Part shown: piece by piece, positions 17,922-26,381 of the stretch | Layout: each line of letters starts with the position of its first letter | Position numbering within the stretch: the stretch's first letter is position 1 | NCBI GenBank assembly: GCA_017536475.1 | Contig: JAFXHH010000021.1 | Location: forward strand, 4,431-68,430 | Direction of reading: 5' to 3' | Length of the DNA stretch: 64,000 nt | DNA from: Clostridia bacterium | GTDB taxonomy: Bacteria; Bacillota; Clostridia; Oscillospirales; CAG-272 | Made by a program: the position numbers and the translations under genes | Notes under the pieces: model-generated | The model's input: the letters and a program-made list of their open reading frames with translations, nothing else | Told to the model about the DNA's origin: nothing | The model's database searches: none

Positions 17922-19004
17922 ATGACAAAATTACAAAGATTTAAGGCAAAAATGGCAGAGCAGGGCATCGATGCCGCTATTATCTCGTCATACGTTAATA
18001 TCAGATACATCACAGGCTTCGACTATCAGGACGGCTACGTCCTCGTAACCAAGAACAAATCCTACGTCATCACCGACTTCCGCTATATAGAGGCGGCTCG
18101 CGCGGCGGTGAACGCTGACGAATTTGAGATCGTTATGCCCGATACATCGATGGGCATTTGTATGTGCGGTCTGCTCGACGAGAACGAGTGCAAGACCGTC
18201 GCGTTTGAGGACGCAACTCTCTCGGTCGCGGCTTGCGAAAACTTCAAAAAGGTGCTTGTGGGCAAGGAGCTTGTCCCCGGAGCTTCGAAGATCGCGGACG
18301 GTCTGCGTCTTTACAAGGATGCCGACGAGATTGAGAAAATGAAGAAGGCGCAGGCTATCACAGACGCGGCTTTCACTCATATCCTCAAGACCCTGACCCC
18401 CAATATGACCGAGATCGACGCGGCTCTCGAGCTTGAATTCTTCATGAGAAGAATGGGAAGCGAGGGTGTTGCGTTTGAGACTATCGCGGTCTCGGGATCT
18501 GCATCGGCACTGCCTCACGGCGTACCGAGAAACGTCAAGCTCGAAAAGGGATTTTTTACGATGGACTACGGCGCAAAGGTCGACGGCTATTGCTCGGATA
18601 TGACCAGAACGGTCGTGCTCGGCAAGGCAGATGCCGAGATGAAGAAGCTCTATAACACGGTGCTGACCGCACAGCTTGCGGCGCTTGAGCACATCAAGGA
18701 GGGCAACCTCTGTCGCGACTGCGACAAGATCGCAAGAGATATAATCGACAACGCGGGATATAAGGGCAGATTCGGACATAGCCTCGGTCACGGTGTAGGT
18801 ATGTATATCCACGAGGCTCCCGGACTTTCGTCGAGAGCACCCGAGGATCTTGTGCTCGCACGCGGTCACGTTGTTACCGATGAGCCCGGCATTTATATCG
18901 AGGGACTTTACGGCTGTCGTATCGAGGATATGGTCGCTATCATGCCCGACGGCTCGACCTACGACTTCACCCACAGCCCCAAGGAGCTCATAGAGCTTTT
19001 CTAA
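17922..19004 (+). CDS. Xaa-Pro aminopeptidase/dipeptidase, M24 family
   Basis: Creatinase-like N-domain plus the metal ligand blocks DYGAKVDGYCSDMTRT, HSLGHGVGMYIHEAP and EPGIYIEGLYGCRIEDMV. Confidence 0.85.
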   Translation: MTKLQRFKAKMAEQGIDAAIISSYVNIRYITGFDYQDGYVLVTKNKSYVITDFRYIEAARAAVNADEFEIVMPDTSMGICMCGLLDENECKTVAFEDATLSVAACENFKKVLVGKELVPGASKIADGLRLYKDADEIEKMKKAQAITDAAFTHILKTLTPNMTEIDAALELEFFMRRMGSEGVAFETIAVSGSASALPHGVPRNVKLEKGFFTMDYGAKVDGYCSDMTRTVVLGKADAEMKKLYNTVLTAQLAALEHIKEGNLCRDCDKIARDIIDNAGYKGRFGHSLGHGVGMYIHEAPGLSSRAPEDLVLARGHVVTDEPGIYIEGLYGCRIEDMVAIMPDGSTYDFTHSPKELIELF

Positions 19005-19005
19005 T

Positions 19006-19251
19006 ATGAAGAAGATATTTTCAATAGACCGCGCCGAGGGTGAGTTTTTCGTCTGCGTTTCCGACGACGACGATACGGTTAACGTGAAAAAGGAATTGCT
19101 CGGGGGTATGCAGGTGCGCGACGTGTTCAGCGCGGAGCTCTCCGACGGCAAGCTGACCGATATAACCCCTATGCCCGAGGAGCGCGACCGCAGACTCGAG
19201 GCAAATCGCGCGAGACTCAAAAGACTGATCGAGCGCTCAAAAAAATCTTAA
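19006..19251 (+). CDS. Small hypothetical protein (DUF3006-like, assigned from memory of the family)
   Basis: 81 aa. The N-terminus IDRAEGEFFVCV resembles the IDRxEGxxAV motif, and the gene abuts the peptidase stop codon. Confidence 0.4.
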   Translation: MKKIFSIDRAEGEFFVCVSDDDDTVNVKKELLGGMQVRDVFSAELSDGKLTDITPMPEERDRRLEANRARLKRLIERSKKS

Positions 19252-19275
19252 GATCATATCCAAGGGGATATTTTT

Positions 19276-20187
19276 ATGTACTTATACGATATTATCTGTC
19301 GAAATTTCGACCTGTACGAAACGGGAGCTGACACCGCAGTATTTCTGATCTGCGTGGCACTTTGTATTATAGTTCCGTATCTTATAGGCAGTATAAATCC
19401 GTCGATCATCATATCGAGAAAGAAATATAACGAAGATATTCGCTCGTACGGAAGCGGAAACGCGGGTACGACCAACACTCTGCGTACCTACGGCAAGAAG
19501 ATGGCGGCGCTTATTCTCGTGCTTGATATGCTCAAAGCGGCTTTGGCGGTGTTTTTTGGTATATTTTTGCTGACTCGCGGAATCGGTGGCGCGATCGCGG
19601 CGATCTTCGTCGTGCTCGGTCACATGTTCCCGATATATTACAAGTTCAAGGGCGGCAAGGGAGTTGCCTGCACGGCTATCTGTATTCTGATCCTCTCTCC
19701 CGTGACCTTCCCAATAATTTTGGCGGTATTTATCGTTATCGCGGTGCTTACGCGGTACGTTTCTCTCGCGTCTATCATCTGCGCGATGCTTTTCCCGTTT
19801 TTGAATCACGTTTTCTACGTTGAGCAGATCGATGACAAGACCGTCCATACAAACCCCGGGATAACGCTCGCCGCGCTGCTCATCGGCGCGCTCGTAGTGT
19901 TTATGCACCGAGATAATATGAAGCGACTTATGGAGGGTAAGGAATCGAAATTCTCCTTCAAAAAGACTGATAAGCACAAGGTAGTCGACGTATCTGCGGA
20001 GGCAACGTCCGAGCAGAAGATTGATCTGCGCAAGGAAAAGCAGTATTCCGACGACGACTTCGTGAAATGCGCTTGCGGACGAATTATTCCGAGATCCCGC
20101 GCGGTCTGTGTTTACTGCGGAGAGAAAAATCCCGCGTACGTGCCTCGCGAGGACGACAAAAAGGGAAGAAAGAAAAGATCAAAATGA
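19276..20187 (+). CDS. plsY: Glycerol-3-phosphate acyltransferase PlsY with a roughly 100-aa C-terminal extension ending in a Cys4 zinc-ribbon-like motif
   Basis: Contains GSINPSIIISRK and YGSGNAGTTN with multi-TM topology. The extension contains CACGRIIPRSRAVCVYCGEKNP. Confidence 0.85.
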   Translation: MYLYDIICRNFDLYETGADTAVFLICVALCIIVPYLIGSINPSIIISRKKYNEDIRSYGSGNAGTTNTLRTYGKKMAALILVLDMLKAALAVFFGIFLLTRGIGGAIAAIFVVLGHMFPIYYKFKGGKGVACTAICILILSPVTFPIILAVFIVIAVLTRYVSLASIICAMLFPFLNHVFYVEQIDDKTVHTNPGITLAALLIGALVVFMHRDNMKRLMEGKESKFSFKKTDKHKVVDVSAEATSEQKIDLRKEKQYSDDDFVKCACGRIIPRSRAVCVYCGEKNPAYVPREDDKKGRKKRSK

Positions 20188-21380
20188 TAAATTTAACTGA
20201 TAACAACGCCGAGCTTCTGCTAAGGCTGATCGGCAAGGCGGCACAGACCGAAACGCTCAAAAAAGCGGTCTTTTCAAAGTCGCTTGAGGCGACAGTTAAC
20301 AAGGCGACGCTCACGCTTAAGGCGATCGGAAACGAAAAAGTTCTTCAGCTTGAGTCCTTCTGCGCTGATAACAAGGCGAAGCACAAAAATATAAAATTCG
20401 AGGAGCTTGACCTACTCTCTGAGACGATCGAGCGTTTTTCGCAGATAAATCTCATCACTACTGCGGGGGATTGCGAATTCAAGCGATCGAAATCGGGCAA
20501 TACCGTCCTGATCGGCGGCGCAAAGCTCGAAAAGTTGCTATTTTCCGAAAGCAACGAGACCGTCAAGACTTATGCAAAGGTCACAGTCGGCTCGAACAAC
20601 AAAAATAAAAACTATATACTTAAAGGCGACGAGCCCTTTCTCAAGCTGCTTGAGGTCAGCGACAAAAACGGTCGTGTTTACGATAAAAAGCAGGCGAAAT
20701 TCCGTCAGATCAACAGATTTTTGGAGCTGATACGCGACGTAGAGCACGCCCTGCCCGACACCGACCCGCTTCGTATCTGCGACCTCTGCTGCGGCAAGAG
20801 CTATCTTTCCTTCGCGGTCTATCATTATTTTGCCGTGATCAAGGGAAGAGATGTCAAAATGACGGGTGTTGATCTCAAAAGCGACGTCATCGAGTATTGC
20901 TCGTCGGTAGCGAAAACGCTCGGATTTGACGGACTTGAGTTTTTGTGCGGCGACGTGAATCTTTACGATACCATCGACCGCGTGAATATGGTCATCTCGC
21001 TCCACGCCTGCGACACGGCGACCGATATCGTCATCGGCAAGGCGATCGAATGGCAGGCGGACGTGCTTTTGTCCACACCCTGCTGTCACCACGATCTCAA
21101 CCGCCGACTTAACTGTGAGAAGCTCTCGTTTATCGCCGACTACTCAATGCTTCGCCAAAAGCTTTGCGACGCGGCGACCGACGCTCTGCGACTCAAGCTT
21201 CTCGAGGCAAACGGATACGAGACCGCGGCGCTTGAGCTCATCGACCCCGAGGAAACGCCGAAAAACATAATGCTTCGCGGTATTCGCAAGCCGAGCTTTG
21301 ACAGAAACGGCGAAAAGGCGCAAAGGCTTATGGCAGAATATAACGAGATATATAGCTTTTTGCTCGGAGAGTCAAAATAA
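20184..21380 (+). CDS. Class I SAM-dependent methyltransferase with an N-terminal domain of unknown function
   Basis: Motif I ICDLCCGKSYLS, then GVDLKSDVI, FLCGDV and LHACDTATD. The start overlaps the plsY stop as ATGA. Confidence 0.7.
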   Translation: MINLTDNNAELLLRLIGKAAQTETLKKAVFSKSLEATVNKATLTLKAIGNEKVLQLESFCADNKAKHKNIKFEELDLLSETIERFSQINLITTAGDCEFKRSKSGNTVLIGGAKLEKLLFSESNETVKTYAKVTVGSNNKNKNYILKGDEPFLKLLEVSDKNGRVYDKKQAKFRQINRFLELIRDVEHALPDTDPLRICDLCCGKSYLSFAVYHYFAVIKGRDVKMTGVDLKSDVIEYCSSVAKTLGFDGLEFLCGDVNLYDTIDRVNMVISLHACDTATDIVIGKAIEWQADVLLSTPCCHHDLNRRLNCEKLSFIADYSMLRQKLCDAATDALRLKLLEANGYETAALELIDPEETPKNIMLRGIRKPSFDRNGEKAQRLMAEYNEIYSFLLGESK

Positions 21381-21403
21381 TCTCTATTTAAGAAAGAAAA
21401 AAT

Positions 21404-21748
21404 ATGGGACTGTTCAAAAAGATATTTGAAAAGGCAACTAAAAGCAAGAACCCCGACAGTAAACGCTTCAAGTGGGATATGGCAAAGCAGATCTGCGGTC
21501 ACCACGTCAAGTACGTTACCGAGGAGATAAACGGAACCCACGAGGTCATCGGTCGCTCGGGCGCGCTCAATATCCGCGACGACGAGCTCCTCGTTTTCGC
21601 CTCCGCAGACGTTCTCATGCGCTGTAAGGTCGAGGAGATGCAGGCTTGGGAGCTGCTCAGTAAGGACGGCGTCGTTATTACCGCGCCCGACCTTGAGCAC
21701 GGCGGCATCGAACGAACCGTTATCGTTCATTACGTTTATTACAGATAA
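21404..21748 (+). CDS. Hypothetical 114-aa protein
   Basis: ORF with coding-like composition. No motif was recognised. Confidence 0.5.
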   Translation: MGLFKKIFEKATKSKNPDSKRFKWDMAKQICGHHVKYVTEEINGTHEVIGRSGALNIRDDELLVFASADVLMRCKVEEMQAWELLSKDGVVITAPDLEHGGIERTVIVHYVYYR

Positions 21749-21852
21749 TGACGCGAGGGATGCGAGGGGATGCGCCTTGCAACTTTTTTGAAGAAAAACC
21801 TACGTAAACCGCAAGCGGTTTACTCTGCGAGTTTGCTCCGCAAACTTCGGTT

Positions 21853-21995
21853 GCGCAAAAAACTTCCCCAAGGATAGAAATAGAAAAGACGGTTTGGGCT
21901 TTAAAATGGTAGAGAAAAAGCGAAATAATAAACTAACCTATCTCCAAAAGTAAAACGGAAATAATTTCAACTGGCCTAATTGAAAGTTTTTTGCG
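21853..21995 (+). repeat. Copy 2 of the stem-closed intergenic element
   Basis: The arms gcgcaaaaaactt (21853-21865) and aagttttttgcg (21984-21995) are complementary. The core cttccccaaggatagaaatagaaaagacggtttgggctttaaaatggtagag is homologous to copies 1 and 3. Confidence 0.7.
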
Positions 21996-22050
21996 TCGCT
22001 TTTTTTCCAAAAAAGCGACCCGTCGGAGACAGAAGAAAGGAAAACTAACT

Positions 22051-23331
22051 ATGTTTGTAAAAGAGACAACAAAAGGAATGAGAGACATCCTGCCGCGCGA
22101 GGCAGAGATAAGAGAATATTTACTTACGAAGATGAAGAAGACGTACGCGTCGTTCGGCTTTTCGCAGATCGAGACGCCGTGCGTTGAGCACATAGAGAAT
22201 CTGACGAGTAAGCAGGGCGGCGACAACGAGAAGCTGATCTTCAAGATACTCAAGAGGGGAGAGAAGCTGAACGAGGCGGCAGAGGGTCTTGACGTAGATG
22301 CGCTTGTCGACTCGGGACTTCGCTACGACCTGACTGTGCCGCTGTCGAGATACTACTCGAATAACGCGGCGAACCTGACTCTGCCATTTAAGGCAATGCA
22401 GATCGGACCCGTGTGGAGAGCAGACAGACCGCAGAAGGGCAGATTCCGTCAGTTCGTGCAGTGCGACATAGACATTCTCGGCGACAACTCGAACTCTGCG
22501 GAGATCGAGCTGATCACGGCAACCTCGACCTATCTTGAGAGTGTGGGCGTTGGCGGCGTGACTATTGTGATCAACGACCGCAGAATTTTGTCGGCAATGG
22601 CAAAGGCAAGCGGCTTTGCCGAGGAGCAGTTCTCGACGGTATTCATCATCCTCGACAAATACGATAAGATCGGCGAGGCAGGCATTGAGAAGGAGCTTCT
22701 TGAGTCGGGCTACGACGCAGAGTGCGTTGCGAAATATATGGAGATCTTCCGCGGAGCTATGGCGGCAGAGGATCGCTTCAGCTACCTTGAGGGCGCGCTC
22801 GGCGACGCTATCGAGGGCGGCGTTATTGCAAATCTTAAGGAGATCTGCGAGAGCGTTGCGATCATTTCGGACGGCAGATTCAAGCTTGATTTCGACGTGA
22901 CTCTCGTGCGCGGAATGGGATACTATACGGGCACGATCTTCGAGATCAAGAGCGAGGATTTCAAGGGCGCGAGCATCGGCGGCGGCGGTCGCTACGACAA
23001 GATGATCGGCAATTTCACGGGTCAGAGCACGGCGGCGTGCGGATTTTCGATCGGATTTGAGAGAATAGTCGCGGCGCTCGTTGAAAAGAACTTTAAGCCC
23101 GAGGGTGCGGCAGAGAAGATCGCGATCCTTTATGACAAGAGAATGGGCGCGGCAGATATCGCGCTGATGCAGAAAAAGGCAATGGCGGCACGCGAGGGCG
23201 GCAGAATAGTCCTCGTGCAGAAGATGAATAAGAACGTCGGCTTCCAGAAGCAGAAGCTCGAGGCGGACGGATACTCTAAATTCGTCGATGTCCGTTTCCC
23301 CGACGAGATGGCAAAGCTTGAGGAGATATAA
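22051..23331 (+). CDS. hisS: Histidine--tRNA ligase
   Basis: Starts MFVKETTKGMRDILP. Class II motif 2 GPVWRADRPQKGRFRQFVQCDIDILG, then GGGRYDKMIG, motif 3 GFSIGFERIV and a C-terminal anticodon-binding domain. Confidence 0.9.
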   Translation: MFVKETTKGMRDILPREAEIREYLLTKMKKTYASFGFSQIETPCVEHIENLTSKQGGDNEKLIFKILKRGEKLNEAAEGLDVDALVDSGLRYDLTVPLSRYYSNNAANLTLPFKAMQIGPVWRADRPQKGRFRQFVQCDIDILGDNSNSAEIELITATSTYLESVGVGGVTIVINDRRILSAMAKASGFAEEQFSTVFIILDKYDKIGEAGIEKELLESGYDAECVAKYMEIFRGAMAAEDRFSYLEGALGDAIEGGVIANLKEICESVAIISDGRFKLDFDVTLVRGMGYYTGTIFEIKSEDFKGASIGGGGRYDKMIGNFTGQSTAACGFSIGFERIVAALVEKNFKPEGAAEKIAILYDKRMGAADIALMQKKAMAAREGGRIVLVQKMNKNVGFQKQKLEADGYSKFVDVRFPDEMAKLEEI

Positions 23332-24495
23332 TTGAAGATCAAGAGAACCGTAAGGATGGTGGCACTCATCATGGCGGCTTTGTCGCTCTTTGCTATGGCT
23401 GGCTGTGACGGCGCAAACAACACCGACGAAACGACGCTTGAAACGACGGTCGAGTCGACCGCCGAGGAAACTGCCGCAGGGAATGAAACCGAGGAGAGAG
23501 AAGTGGGACTTGATATCACTAACAAGACCGACCTTGTAAGCATTTGCTACTCGGTTTGGTTTGACGGAATACACGGCTCGGGCGACGAGCCGATCACCGA
23601 TTTTTATAATATCTCCGAGGTGCTCGCAGGCAGACAGAAATGGGGCGCTGAAGGGCAGTTTCACTATTGGTCAAAGCCCGCGCAGGGCTACTATCGCAGC
23701 ACCGATAAGACTGCCGCGCGCAATAATATGACTCTGCTTGGCGAGGCGGGCGTTGATTTTATTATTCTCGACTACACCAACGCCAATGACGGCTACGTTG
23801 AGAACGAGAAAAAGGGCGAGCGTTGGGCGTTTGCGCCTCTGCAAACGCTTTGCGATGTCATCACCGAGATGAGAGCCGAGGGCAAGAAAACACCCTATAT
23901 CGTACTCTGGTGCGGCAAGTCTGACGGACCTCTGATAGACGCATTATATGAGAAATTCTACACCGTGGAGGAATGGGCAGATTGCTTTGTCTATTGGAAC
24001 GGAAAGCCGTTTATGATCACCACGGCGGACACCGAGCTTTTTCCGTGTCCCGATCTTTTCACGATCCGCAAAATGTGGGGTTTGACGAGTGATCATTGTT
24101 GGAAATTCTTGAGCGTAAACAACAGAGCTCAGGGCTATTACGTCAAGGACGGCGAGTATGAGCAGATCAGCGTTGCCGTTGCAACACAGGAGACCTATAT
24201 GTCGGCACCGACCGCGCACGGACGCGACGGCGGAAGGTTCTTTTATAAACAGTGGAAGAATGCCTTTGCCGTGCATCCCAAGGTCGTGACGGTTACATGG
24301 TGGAACGAATGGGCGGCGCAGAGATTTATAGTGGACGGTGAAACGGCTTTCGTCGACAACTACACGCAGGAATACAGCCGCGACATCGAGCCTATGGAGG
24401 GCGGTCACGGAGATCAGTATTATCAGTGGCTAAAGCAATATATTGCCGCGTATAAATCGGGTGGGGAATGCCCCAAGCTTTACGTGGAGGAATAA
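23332..24495 (+). CDS. Secreted lipoprotein of unknown function, possibly a glycoside-hydrolase-like fold
   Basis: Signal peptide with lipobox (LFAMAGC) and a Thr/Glu-rich linker. The start could be TTG at 23332 or ATG at 23356. Confidence 0.5.
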   Translation: MKIKRTVRMVALIMAALSLFAMAGCDGANNTDETTLETTVESTAEETAAGNETEEREVGLDITNKTDLVSICYSVWFDGIHGSGDEPITDFYNISEVLAGRQKWGAEGQFHYWSKPAQGYYRSTDKTAARNNMTLLGEAGVDFIILDYTNANDGYVENEKKGERWAFAPLQTLCDVITEMRAEGKKTPYIVLWCGKSDGPLIDALYEKFYTVEEWADCFVYWNGKPFMITTADTELFPCPDLFTIRKMWGLTSDHCWKFLSVNNRAQGYYVKDGEYEQISVAVATQETYMSAPTAHGRDGGRFFYKQWKNAFAVHPKVVTVTWWNEWAAQRFIVDGETAFVDNYTQEYSRDIEPMEGGHGDQYYQWLKQYIAAYKSGGECPKLYVEE

Positions 24496-24504
24496 ACAAA
24501 ACGC

Positions 24505-24541
24505 AAAAAAGGCACAATGGGAATTCCTGTTGTGCCTTTTC
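24505..24541 (+). terminator. Rho-independent terminator
   Basis: Hairpin ggcacaa/ttgtgcc flanked by an A-run and a T-run. Confidence 0.7.
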
Positions 24542-24545
24542 CCAC

Positions 24546-24567
24546 GCTGGTGATGTGACTTAGAACA
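24546..24567 (-). pseudogene. Orphan 3' fragment of tRNA-Thr (T-loop plus 3' acceptor strand)
   Basis: 21 of 22 nt are identical to bases 24710-24730 of the intact tRNA-Thr gene about 140 bp away. Confidence 0.7.
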
Positions 24568-24665
24568 TTGTTTTGCGCGACAAGCGCATCTGTATCAAAG
24601 TCAATTTACGCGCAAAACGAGCAAACGCTCCGCGGTTACGGTGTTCTTCGTCGATAACAAACACT

Positions 24666-24705
24666 AAAAAAGGAACTCGTCGGATAAACCGACAAGTTCC
24701 TTTTT
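24666..24705 (-). terminator. Bidirectional terminator immediately after tRNA-Thr
   Basis: Hairpin aaggaactcgtcgg/ccgacaagttcctt flanked by A6 and T6. Confidence 0.8.
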
Positions 24706-24781
24706 TGGAGCTGGTGATGTGACTTGAACACACGACCTGCTGATTACGAATCAGCTGCACTGCCAACTGTGCTACACCAGC
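24706..24781 (-). tRNA. tRNA-Thr (anticodon CGU), CCA encoded
   Basis: The reverse complement folds as acceptor gctggtg/caccagc, D-arm gcac-agttggca-gtgc, anticodon arm gctga-ttcgtaa-tcagc and T-arm gtgtg-ttcaagt-cacat. Confidence 0.93.
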
Positions 24782-24843
24782 GAAGAATGAGCGCGTGTGG
24801 CACAAGGAGGTAGTGCGACACCACCGAAGGTGGTAAGACTGCG

Positions 24844-24861
24844 CAACTGTGCTACACCAGC
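24844..24861 (-). pseudogene. Orphan 5' fragment of tRNA-Thr (acceptor plus D-arm start) inside the tRNA leader
   Basis: The 18-nt gctggtgtagcacagttg is identical to the 5' end of the intact gene 63 nt downstream on the same strand. An accacc-ttcg-ggtggt hairpin follows it. Confidence 0.65.
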
Positions 24862-24870
24862 GACTCAAAT

Positions 24871-24899
24871 ATTATACCACAATCTTTTCCTTTTTGCAA
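24871..24899 (-). promoter_or_regulatory. Sigma-A promoter for the tRNA-Thr transcript
   Basis: On the minus strand: TTGCAA (24899-24894), a 17-nt spacer and TATAAT (24876-24871). Confidence 0.7.
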
Positions 24900-25077
24900 T
24901 AGCTTTTTGAAAAATAATTCAAATATTTTTCTTTTCCCAAAAACTCAATCTGCGAGATAAATTGTGGGTCAAAATTTACCAATTATTCCAAAAAGTTTTT
25001 GAAAAGGGATAGGGGTTTGGGGGAAGGGAGAAAACTTTTTCCAAAAAGTTTCTCCCTTCCCCCAAATTCTCTATCTT

Positions 25078-26106
25078 TTATCTTTGAATTCTACCCGAGC
25101 CGTCGCCGCCTGCGAGCTTTTCAACCTCAGCAACGGTGACCATATTATAGTCGCCCTCGATGGAGTGCTTGAGTGCGGATGCCGCAACTGCGAACTCAAC
25201 TGCGCCCTGGGTGGACTTGCCGTTCATAAGCGAGTAGATAAGACCGCCGCCGAAGGAGTCACCGCCGCCAACGCGGTCGATGATGTGGAGGTCGTACTTC
25301 TTGGAGAAGCAGTACTCGTCGCCTGCAACGTTGTAGAGCATAGCAGACCAGCCGTTGTCAAATGCGCTACGGCTCTCGCGGAGCGTGATCGCAACGTACT
25401 CAAAGCCAAACTTGTCAGCAAGCTGCTTTGCAACCGACTTGTATCCCTCGTGGTTGAGCTTGCCGCCGTAAATGTCGGTAGCCTCAGCCTCGATTCCGAA
25501 TACGTCCTTTGCATCCTCCTCGTTGGAGATGCAAACGTCAACGTACTGGCAAAGCTCGGTCATAGCCTCGCGAGCCTCTGCTCTGGTCCAGAGCTTGCCG
25601 CGGTAGTTAAGGTCGCAGGAGATCTTTATTCCTCTTGCCTTTGCCGCCTTGCAGGCGTCCTTGCAGATCTCTACGACGTTAGCGCCCAGCGCGGGAGTAA
25701 TGCCTGTGAAGTGGAACCACTCTGCACCGTCAAAGATAGCATCCCAATCGAAGTCCTCGCGAGTTGCCTTTGCAATAGCGGAGTTTGCACGGTCATAAAT
25801 GCAGACCGAGCCTCTCTGCGAAGCGCCCTTTTCGTTGAAGTAGATACCAACTCTGTCGCCGCCGCGAACGATCTTGGTCGTGTCAACGCCGTAACGGCGC
25901 AGACTGTTTACAGCCGCCTGACCGATAGCGTGTGCAGGAAGCTTCGTGACGTACGCTACGTCCATATTGTAGTTCGCAAGCGATACCGCAACGTTTGCCT
26001 CGCCGCCGCCGAACGTGAATTCAACGTGATCGCACTGAACGAATCTCTCGTAGTTGTAAGGCTGAAGTCTGAGCATCAGCTCTCCAAACGTAATTACCTT
26101 TGCCAT
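25078..26106 (-). CDS. kdgK: 2-dehydro-3-deoxygluconokinase (PfkB family)
   Basis: Starts AKVITFGELMLRL and carries the PfkB signature DRVGGGDSFGGGLIY. It is adjacent to eda. Confidence 0.85.
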   Translation of the reverse strand: MAKVITFGELMLRLQPYNYERFVQCDHVEFTFGGGEANVAVSLANYNMDVAYVTKLPAHAIGQAAVNSLRRYGVDTTKIVRGGDRVGIYFNEKGASQRGSVCIYDRANSAIAKATREDFDWDAIFDGAEWFHFTGITPALGANVVEICKDACKAAKARGIKISCDLNYRGKLWTRAEAREAMTELCQYVDVCISNEEDAKDVFGIEAEATDIYGGKLNHEGYKSVAKQLADKFGFEYVAITLRESRSAFDNGWSAMLYNVAGDEYCFSKKYDLHIIDRVGGGDSFGGGLIYSLMNGKSTQGAVEFAVAASALKHSIEGDYNMVTVAEVEKLAGGDGSGRIQR

Positions 26107-26166
26107 AAATTTTCCTTTCTGCCTCCGGCGGCTTAAAACCTTTTTGGAAAAAAGGTTTTAAGAATT

Positions 26167-26345
26167 CCAAAAACTTTCGGTAATTTGGTTTATCCGGAGC
26201 GTTCGTTTATTTATTGTAGTGAATTTTTACTGAAATTTACAACCGACTTGCAACACGATAGCAGATATTCTTCGATAAAATCTCCATCATCTTCAAACCC
26301 AAGCCGTCTGTAATCACTAACTATCCTTATTGGAAGTTTTTTGGC
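26167..26345 (-). repeat. Copy 3 (minus orientation) of the stem-closed intergenic element, between eda and kdgK
   Basis: The minus strand reads gccaaaaaacttccaataaggatagttagtgattacagacggcttgggtttgaagatgatggag, and a complementary arm aagtttttgg lies at 26167-26177. Confidence 0.7.
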
Positions 26346-26381
26346 TCCACCTTTTTTTCAAAAAAGGTGGAACGCGTCTCC

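Noticed and set aside
21750-22050. A T-box riboswitch upstream of hisS.
   Set aside because: I could not find the conserved T-box sequence (AAnnnGGGTGGTACCGCG-like), a specifier loop with a His codon, or a terminator/antiterminator pair. The region is occupied by the repeat element instead. This should still be confirmed with a covariance model.
24546-24781. The tRNA-Thr fragments as the attachment sites of the phage module at 53-62 kb.
   Set aside because: The two loci are about 29 kb apart and are separated by core genes (kdgK-eda, nrdR, the whole dcw cluster, ftsZ), so they cannot be the ends of one element.
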